Shown here: piece by piece, positions 57,202 to 64,000 of the stretch
Layout: each line of letters opens with the position of its first letter
How positions within the stretch are numbered: position 1 is the first letter of the stretch
Source: Polymyxa betae A26-41
Taxonomy: Eukaryota; Protista; Endomyxa: Phytomyxea
Reading direction: 5' to 3'
Assembly: GCA_003693705.1 (NCBI GenBank)
Contig: RBZT01000553.1
Coordinates: 17,858-81,857, forward strand
Length of the DNA: 64,000 bases
Notes under the pieces: model-generated
Databases searched by the model: none
The model's input: only the letters and a program-made list of their open reading frames with translations
Told to the model about the DNA's origin: nothing
Made by a program: the position numbers and the translations under genes

Positions 57202-58687
57202 GGATTCACGCATGAAATTTCTGTCATGCCTGCGATCTTCTATTGGGCCGCACATGCTAATTATCAAGCCAGGTGTTGAGATTCCTTAATGCTTCAGGCA
57301 GTGATGCCGTTTATGGCCACTGAACAGTTGGAGCTGTGATTTTTCTCCCCTTTTTTCCCACCCAGGTTGTCACATTCCTTCTGCTGACCACTTATACCTA
57401 GTTCGGATGTAAACGAGCTTTTCGTCAATTGAAGCACTCAGTCGGTTGGTTTCTCAGTTTAGAGTGTATAAAACCCTGGCCTGAGAAAAACATATCTCGC
57501 GAGAAGCCGTGGAGGTTGGTATGGAGAAAGGTTTCAAAGCAATGAATTGCAGTTCTAGCCATGGTGCGGCATCAGCCAGCCAATTCCCTGAAACTTCCAA
57601 ATAAGTCTAAGCTGATTCAGAAACCCTCGAAGCTTGCGACGATCGCCATATCGAATGGGCCTGGAAGACGAACATTTGGCTCAGATAATAAACCTTCTAA
57701 GGGTTGAACTGCAGGTCCGTTCATAGTCGCGTTTGTCAGGAGCGCACCCCACAGGAGCCAGCCTCCGCGTAACAACTTAAGCACTCTGTAATTAATAGCA
57801 TAATGCAGACTGGTGCAACGGCCGATCTGTGGTTAGCTCAGTTCGGCTAACGTCGTTCTTGAATCAACTTCTGTCTGATCTCCTACTTTCGCTCTTGTGC
57901 TTCTGTTCTTCTCATAGATTTCGAGTTTATCTCTCTTTATTTCTCCCTTACTATCAGTTGGTTCATAACAGCGTTTGCCGCTGATAGTGCAGCAGTTGAT
58001 GTTGGAGCTGCTCAATCTGCGCGAACGCATGGCCTCAATCTGTAGTTGATAATTATTTTAGAGTTCTGAATATCTGAGGACGGTGCTTGATGTTGCATAT
58101 CTGGGCCAAAAACCAAACAAGACTGAAGTGGAGCAGAACTAGAACAAGGATACTCAGGACTGAACTAAGGTGACTGAAATAAACTGAGGAGATGCTCCAA
58201 ATTAGAACCAAAACAATATCTGTGTAATATAAACCATAATGAAGTCCAAACTTGATCAGAATGATCCATTGAATCATGCATGTGTGTCATCAGAATACCT
58301 GGGAAGGTGATCACTCAACGTAACTGCGAGCTCAACAAAATTGAATCCACAAAGCACTACAGCAAATCAACTACACAAAATTTAAATAGCACTGTCATGA
58401 AGAATAATTGTGACGAGCTCGGGCGAGAAGTATTTCTCGGCCGCTCGTACGGACAAGCCTGTCGCCTGGCCGACTGCCGCTGGATTCGACCGTACGACAT
58501 CCGATCAGATGATGGATCCTGCAGGATCATAAAACGTAAAATTAGAGCCAGCAATAGAACGCATAGCCCTAGGGTTTAGTGTTAGCACCGAAATCCTATA
58601 TATCGCGAATACCCGGTTAAAAACCAAGTCCGTTACGGCAACATAGCCTCAACTCTCACCATGCATTTTTCGACCCCCGGGCTAAAT

Positions 58688-59524
58688 TAGGGTTGTTGAT
58701 CGGAACCGTTAAATCCGGGTCGGATACCGGTAGTACCGGCTACCGAAGCACATAAAGACTGAAAGTCTCAGAAAACACCCAAATTTCATTAAAACACTTC
58801 ATCTGCCATTTCAATACTTTAAATCTCATTCCCCAAATATCAGTGCACTTGAAGCTTCACGCTTTGAGTCGATGACAGTGAAGACCTGACCAATAAAATC
58901 ACGACCGCAGTTCATAGTCATCTCCACTGAGACCGATGAACCTGGGATAGAGAGTATATCTTTCCCAACTTCACTAAAACCCGATTGGATCGACATGAGG
59001 GCCGTCGCAAGGAAGGCTAAGATACTTATCAAATTCGTCCATGACCTCACCGTTTGAGAAGCAAAGATGATGGTCCCATCTGTCTCTCTTGCTTATCGTC
59101 CCCTTGGGTTTATCGGGTGTTGAACAATTTCCATTTGAAATGATTTCAGCTTTTTTGGGGTCAATCTCGGTTCCAGATGCTGAATCAGGTGATGATACGT
59201 TTGACGAAAGGCTACTGCCGGAGCTTTCACTCAACACTATGGGCTCGTAATCATTCACTACAGAATCGAAAACTCAAATCCTTTGATTGGCGCGAAGGAA
59301 AGGTGCATTTACGGGGCACAGTGGAGCGTCAGCCCTTCGCTTCCGTGTATGAAACAAGATTACAAGAAGGATTTCAAAGTCCGCCACGCAGATTTTCCAG
59401 CACTCACTATTCCTAGGCCGGTAGTGTCGGTAGTCGGGTCGGGTACCACCCATCTACCGGTATCCGACCGGGAGACTACCGGAGCGCCGGTAGCCGGGTA
59501 GTACCGGTATCGATCGGAACCCTA
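58688..59524 (-). mobile_element. Internally deleted hAT element
   Basis: TAGGGTT...AACCCTA termini, 8-bp TSD GGCTAAAT (58680-58687 and 59525-59532), subterminal ACCGGTAG repeats, and a hAT dimerisation-domain remnant (EFDKYL..DPIGF; KDILSIPGSSVSVE). Confidence 0.92.
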
Positions 59525-60167
59525 GGCTAAATCAGTCGTGGATTTCAGCTATTTAGACTCTACCATTGCACGACTCCCGTAGACCATTTATCTCCCCAAT
59601 ACAGCAGTTGATTTTGCAGAACTCTGCAACAGAACAGAGCGCGAGTCTGAGGGTGCAACCTAGAACAAAGCTTTACAGCACAACTGAACCAAAAAAATCT
59701 ACAATCTACATCATGATTCTGATACATCATCCAACGTGAATAAAAACATGTATATGAAAATGGTTTACACCTGTCCATTGATAGCAAAGAAGAGCAAGGA
59801 GCACCTCCAATGACGCGAATAAACCACCACCCAAAAAGGTCTACAATTCCCGAAATCACCAGAACAATGCACTCAAAGCGTTAACAAACTATAAACCCCC
59901 TCCAAAATTATACCGTAACAAAACTAATCATGGTGCAGCCATGATCAAAAACGAGGTCGGCACGAAAAGGAACTGCATGGACCTGATAGTGGTCCTAGAA
60001 AGACACGTAGAATTCGCCAAATTCCTCAATGACTTTGAAGTTATGGAGAATATTGAAGAATAGGGCAACGGGGATATTATCATAACAGACCTCAAACCTG
60101 ATAAAACATTTATGACATACTACCGACATAAAATCAAATTGAAATGAACAAGGATTGCCGTTCCGCT

Positions 60168-60661
60168 AATACTTTACTTGTTAGATTTAGGGATTCTGCT
60201 CAGTTTAATGCTTATGCTAATAACAATACAAATAAATCAGTTTACGCAAATTCTAATCCATTCACCAAGATTAGTTTAAAACATGTGTGGAATTACGTGC
60301 TGAACCATTAGTTGTTGATAATCAATATATGCTCGAAGAATTATTTAGAGTATATGGATTAAGAAATGATAATGATAATGGGTCTCTTGTTAAACGAAGT
60401 AATTACGCAAAAGTTGATGTTGCTGGAACAGAAGTTGCTTGGTCTTTAACATCTGGTTCTGGTCATTGCCCACAATATTATCTGGCGTTTGATTTAACTC
60501 TCAATGGTTTGAATTCTGGAATTGACCTTCTAAATGGTGGTTCATCGATATTTTCGACACAAGCAGACAATGCTACATCAAATCTTTACATTGACGCATT
60601 TTTAATTTACTCTGCTGTTTGTGTAGTAGAAGACAAGAATAATATGGAAGTAAAATACTGA
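60168..60661 (+). pseudogene. Double jelly-roll major capsid protein, C-terminal fragment (5'-truncated, frameshift ~60285)
   Basis: EPL...EELFRVYG...GSLV...YYLAFDL...SGIDL...IDAFLIYSAVCVV..MEVKY resembles PLV/virophage MCP C-termini; upstream TLLVRFR lies in another frame. Confidence 0.7.
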
Positions 60662-60719
60662 TTTATAACTATCAGATAGTATATAATAAAAATTATTTTT
60701 TCATTATTATTATATAATA

Positions 60720-61164
60720 ATGACTGAAACAAATGAAGAAATACCTAAAAAATCAAGTAAAAAAGCAGAAGCAAATAAGAAAAATTTAGAAAAGGCACGT
60801 CAATCCAGAAAAAAACGTGTATGAAGAAAGAAAACAATCTAAAAAAATTTTAGACAAAATCAAAGAAAAACACGATTTAAAAGAACTCATGAAAGAGCAA
60901 ACTGAACAAAGCGAAGAGCGCGTGGAAGTTCCAATTGAAGAACCAATAGAAACAAATGAAGAAGAGGAAGAAGTTATTATTGTAAAAAAAACTAAATCCA
61001 ATAAACAAAAGAAAAAGAAAAAAATAGTGTATGTATCGGCATCAAGTTCAGATGAAAGTGAAGAAGAGGAAGTCATTTATGTGAAACCCAAAAGGCAGAT
61101 TGATAAAATCAGAAACCAAAAACCGCAGCATCCTTTATATAAACCAATTTATGAATGGAATTAA
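60720..61164 (+). pseudogene. PLV-type Lys/Glu-rich hypothetical protein with frameshift ~60810-60820
   Basis: ATG 60720 MTETNEE..NLEKARQSRKK continues in the +1 frame to KKKKKIVYVSASSSDESEEEEVIYVKPKR. Confidence 0.6.
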
Positions 61165-61186
61165 TTTATTTATATTCTAAATAATA

Positions 61187-61969
61187 ATGAGTGATTACAA
61201 TTCAAACGATTATTTAGACCATGGAACTATCGGTCAAAACAGATATGACGGAAGAAAAAATAGGTTCGGCAAGGAAAGACATTATATATTTTCTGATAAA
61301 CCTCTGACAAATCCAAAAGTTCATATAAGAATGGTTGATACTGATGAATTAGTGAATGACGCTATTCTGAGTAGAATGGCAAACGTCACTGAGGATGGTG
61401 TTAGAATGAGAGATAATTATATATTGAATGAACCAATTGATATTAAACATTCAAATAATTCAGCAACCATTTATAAAGCACCGAAAAAAGATAAAAATGT
61501 AGTTATATATCACGATAATATCAATACAACACCAAAAGAACGATTAATTACTTGGAATGAATTGGAAAAACATCCAATTAATCCTGATAGGCGGTTGGAG
61601 ATACAACAAGCAATAAGTAAATTGAAACCAACGAAATCAAAAATAACAAACTCGATGGAATTTAGCAAGAAACAATATTTAAAAGAACATAAAGCGGTTT
61701 ATCCAAGAAAAGAAGCATACAAGAAAGAGAAAGATACTATGAGGGAAATATTAGATGACCGCTTGGTTCCAAGAGGAATTCATAATACCATAACTGATAT
61801 GTATAGTGAAATGAGAGTTGCTAATAGGAACCCACCAGGCAGAAAACCCATTGATAAAATAACAAATGACTTCGCGAATTTAGACCCAGATTCTCCTAAA
61901 AAGACCGAAGAAAATCAGCAAAAAGAGATAGCTCATTCGGAAAAAGGAATAAATAAGAAACTAAAATAA
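61187..61969 (+). CDS. Viral hypothetical protein (260 aa)
   Basis: Intact AT-rich ORF inside the viral block, AATAAT before ATG; no family recognised. Confidence 0.6.
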   Translation: MSDYNSNDYLDHGTIGQNRYDGRKNRFGKERHYIFSDKPLTNPKVHIRMVDTDELVNDAILSRMANVTEDGVRMRDNYILNEPIDIKHSNNSATIYKAPKKDKNVVIYHDNINTTPKERLITWNELEKHPINPDRRLEIQQAISKLKPTKSKITNSMEFSKKQYLKEHKAVYPRKEAYKKEKDTMREILDDRLVPRGIHNTITDMYSEMRVANRNPPGRKPIDKITNDFANLDPDSPKKTEENQQKEIAHSEKGINKKLK

Positions 61970-61994
61970 TTATTCATATAAGAATTATTTTAAT

Positions 61995-62705
61995 TTACAT
62001 TTCACGAATTACTTCATCGAAATTTCTCAATAGTCTATATTTTTTATGGTCAAATAAAAGAAAATTATATTTAACATTGGTTACTTCATCAAATATTTTT
62101 TCAAACTGCTCCGGTTCTAACCATCCACAATTTTCCTCTACAATTGCCTTTTTCTCCTTGTTATTCATGGGTTTGAAAAAGTATTTATACATTGCTAAAT
62201 CTCTGATTGAACTTGGGATTTACTTGTATCTCTGACTTAAAATCAAAACCGAAATATTACTATGACGCCCACGTGTGAATAACGATAAAATACTGCTTCT
62301 TTTTTTATTAAAGATATTATTATCAATAAAGTCTTCAAAAATAATCAAGATTGGTTCTAATTTCTGTCCATATTTTCTTAATTTTTGCTGATACTTGATT
62401 AACTCTGCTATGACATCCTTACCATCATCATCATAAATATCATGGAGCAGTGTAGCATCTAAATCATCTACCAGTTTTAATAAGGTTCCATTGATAGTGC
62501 TGGAGATTATATAGATATTGTTCTTAAAATAGCGTTTATGTTCATGACATATATTACAAGTCAATAGGGTTTTCCCACTGCTTCCCACTCCGACTAGAAT
62601 ACCATAAGACGGCCATATTTGAAAGTTAGGATGAAGGCAATATGTGGCGTCTGGCACATCGTATTTTGTCAGAACCTTTAAATTAATCTTCTTTTTCTTA
62701 GTCAT
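61995..62705 (-). pseudogene. A32-like (FtsK/HerA) genome packaging ATPase with one in-frame stop
   Basis: Walker A GVGSSGKT, IYIIS, Walker B LIIFED, LFTRGRHSNISVLILSQRY, then TAA at 62220-62222 followed in frame by IPSSIR..YNFLLFD..RNFD. Confidence 0.9.
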
Positions 62706-62750
62706 ATTAATATAACATGCGATTTTATTTATCTTGTATTAATAATAAAC

Positions 62751-63479
62751 ATGGAGTCAATTCCCTTTTACATAAATAGTAAGAAAAGAGAAAGTGGTTC
62801 TCTTGACAATTCAGACTTTTACTATAATTTCGTGTATAAAGCAAATGAGAATGCCGAAAATATGCTTAACATTGATATGCTTTCCATTCCTAAGTCCTAT
62901 TTCCCAGTCAATGACTACAATAATACTTTTCAATTGGGCATTACAAGCGTCGGCGTTACATCTGTCGTGTTAACTAATGGTGATTATACCGAGGCAGAAT
63001 TGATAAACCACATCACAAGTAATAGCGCCATGCCTATCGGCGTGTCCATGACATATTCCTCTATCTCAAAGAGATTTTCATATTTAGGTATGACTGGCAC
63101 TAATCTAATCACCAATGAAAAGCAGAAATATTTAGGGTTCAATTCGGCTGGGGTATGGCAACCAGATGTGAACGGCGTCATTGTCTCTAATGATGCGGTA
63201 GATATATCTGGAACGAATAGCATTAATGTCTTAACCGATATTGATATTGAGACATACAATAACTCCAACAAAAATAGTTATATGTTGCTCTCTGTATTCC
63301 CCAATGTTGATGCCAATGGATTTATAACATATACCTCTTCCAATTTTAGAAGCATCAAACTCAAAAATGATAAGTTGAATTTACAGAGATTTCAACTCGT
63401 GGACGAGAACCTTGACCCTCTTGATTTAAATGGACTATCATGGGACCTAAATCTCTCCCTTACATATAAGAACCAGTGA
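62751..63479 (+). CDS. Minor capsid (penton, single jelly-roll) protein
   Basis: FYINSKKR, IPKSYFPVNDYNNTF, GDYT, LGF and C-terminal FQLVDENLDPLDLNGLSWDLNL, typical of PLV/virophage-related pentons. Confidence 0.82.
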   Translation: MESIPFYINSKKRESGSLDNSDFYYNFVYKANENAENMLNIDMLSIPKSYFPVNDYNNTFQLGITSVGVTSVVLTNGDYTEAELINHITSNSAMPIGVSMTYSSISKRFSYLGMTGTNLITNEKQKYLGFNSAGVWQPDVNGVIVSNDAVDISGTNSINVLTDIDIETYNNSNKNSYMLLSVFPNVDANGFITYTSSNFRSIKLKNDKLNLQRFQLVDENLDPLDLNGLSWDLNLSLTYKNQ

Positions 63480-63528
63480 GAATTCAATCATCGTCTTTAT
63501 TGAGAAATTAATATATACCATAATATTA

Positions 63529-63759
63529 ATGTTTGGTTATTGTGATTTAGAACAATGCTTAAATCAAAAAAGTGATGTAAAGGTGTTAATTCACGAAAGC
63601 AATTTATGGCACGTAAGACATCACGATGGAAGAGAAAGATTAATTTGTAATGACTGCTTGATAATATGGAAAGCAGAAAGTAAAAAGTTAAGAGAAGAGG
63701 AGAAATTGAGGAAGAACCAGTGGGAAATCAGAAAGAAAAAGGAAATTGTAAACTTATAA
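63529..63759 (+). CDS. Small viral protein with putative zinc-binding Cys pairs
   Basis: CDLEQC...CNDC plus basic tail; AT-rich leader like its neighbours. Confidence 0.45.
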   Translation: MFGYCDLEQCLNQKSDVKVLIHESNLWHVRHHDGRERLICNDCLIIWKAESKKLREEEKLRKNQWEIRKKKEIVNL

Positions 63760-64000
63760 GATAAATTCATGATGTAAATCATTAGATTATGAATTTTCAG
63801 AAGTCATTACAATACCGAAATCTAGGCGAATATTTCTGATTGAATGAGGGGGACGTTAGAGACATATGTCTCAGAGCTGAGCACCCCAATTCTACAGCAC
63901 GACTTAAACTTTTCAATTCAACCAGAAAGGGATTCGCCTAGATTCAGTAGTTTGATATGACAAGTTCAGTGACAACGACGACTCCACGACGAAGATTACG

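Larger units (their letters stand above)
56520..57790 (-). pseudogene. PIF/Harbinger (HARBI1-like DDE_Tnp_4) transposase remnant
   Basis: FSGHKRHHCLK, GPIEDRRHD..FMRES, IYGDPAYG, SPFKGAELT, QAFNS*MSAVRTSVEWTFGRIK; stops, frameshifts and two nested insertions. Confidence 0.88.
60168..63800. mobile_element. Endogenous Polinton-like virus / virophage-like fragment
   Basis: Abrupt AT-rich, intronless, tightly packed block holding capsid, penton and packaging ATPase genes; boundaries approximate. Confidence 0.85.

Noticed and set aside
62220-62222. Stop-codon reassignment in the viral ATPase
   Set aside because: Single instance; adjacent viral and host genes terminate at TAA, so a nonsense mutation is simpler.

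Overview
Gene-dense eukaryotic genomic DNA with many short (~45-60 nt) GT-AG introns. It carries cilium-linked genes (Fused/STK36, RSPH10B-like), so the organism probably has a flagellated stage. A plasmodiophorid/phytomyxid protist is my best guess, but that is inference only. Positions 1-55,300 hold about 25 mostly housekeeping genes: YKT6, MTG1, HTD2-like, YAK1-like kinase, CWC21, presequence protease, SARAF, ABHD13, PH-PH-PTEN, STK36, APE1L-like, a SUMO protease, RPT3, an ALA2-like flippase, FAM76-F-box-LRR and RSPH10B-like. There is also a tRNA-Thr(TGT) and a gap-interrupted 5S rRNA gene. From ~55,500 on is a mobile-element island. It has a decayed Harbinger transposase with two nested insertions, both with clean target-site duplications (TSDs), and a deleted hAT element. 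It ends in an AT-rich, intron-free fragment of an endogenous Polinton-like virus/virophage-like element (major capsid C-terminus, A32-type packaging ATPase, penton) that is starting to decay. Other highlights: a SUMO-protease tail built from exon/intron repeats in which one intron copy has become coding, a FAM76 zinc domain fused to F-box/LRR, a serine-less class-3 lipase, and telomere-like motifs in three consecutive introns. Coordinates of multi-exon genes are outer bounds read by eye.
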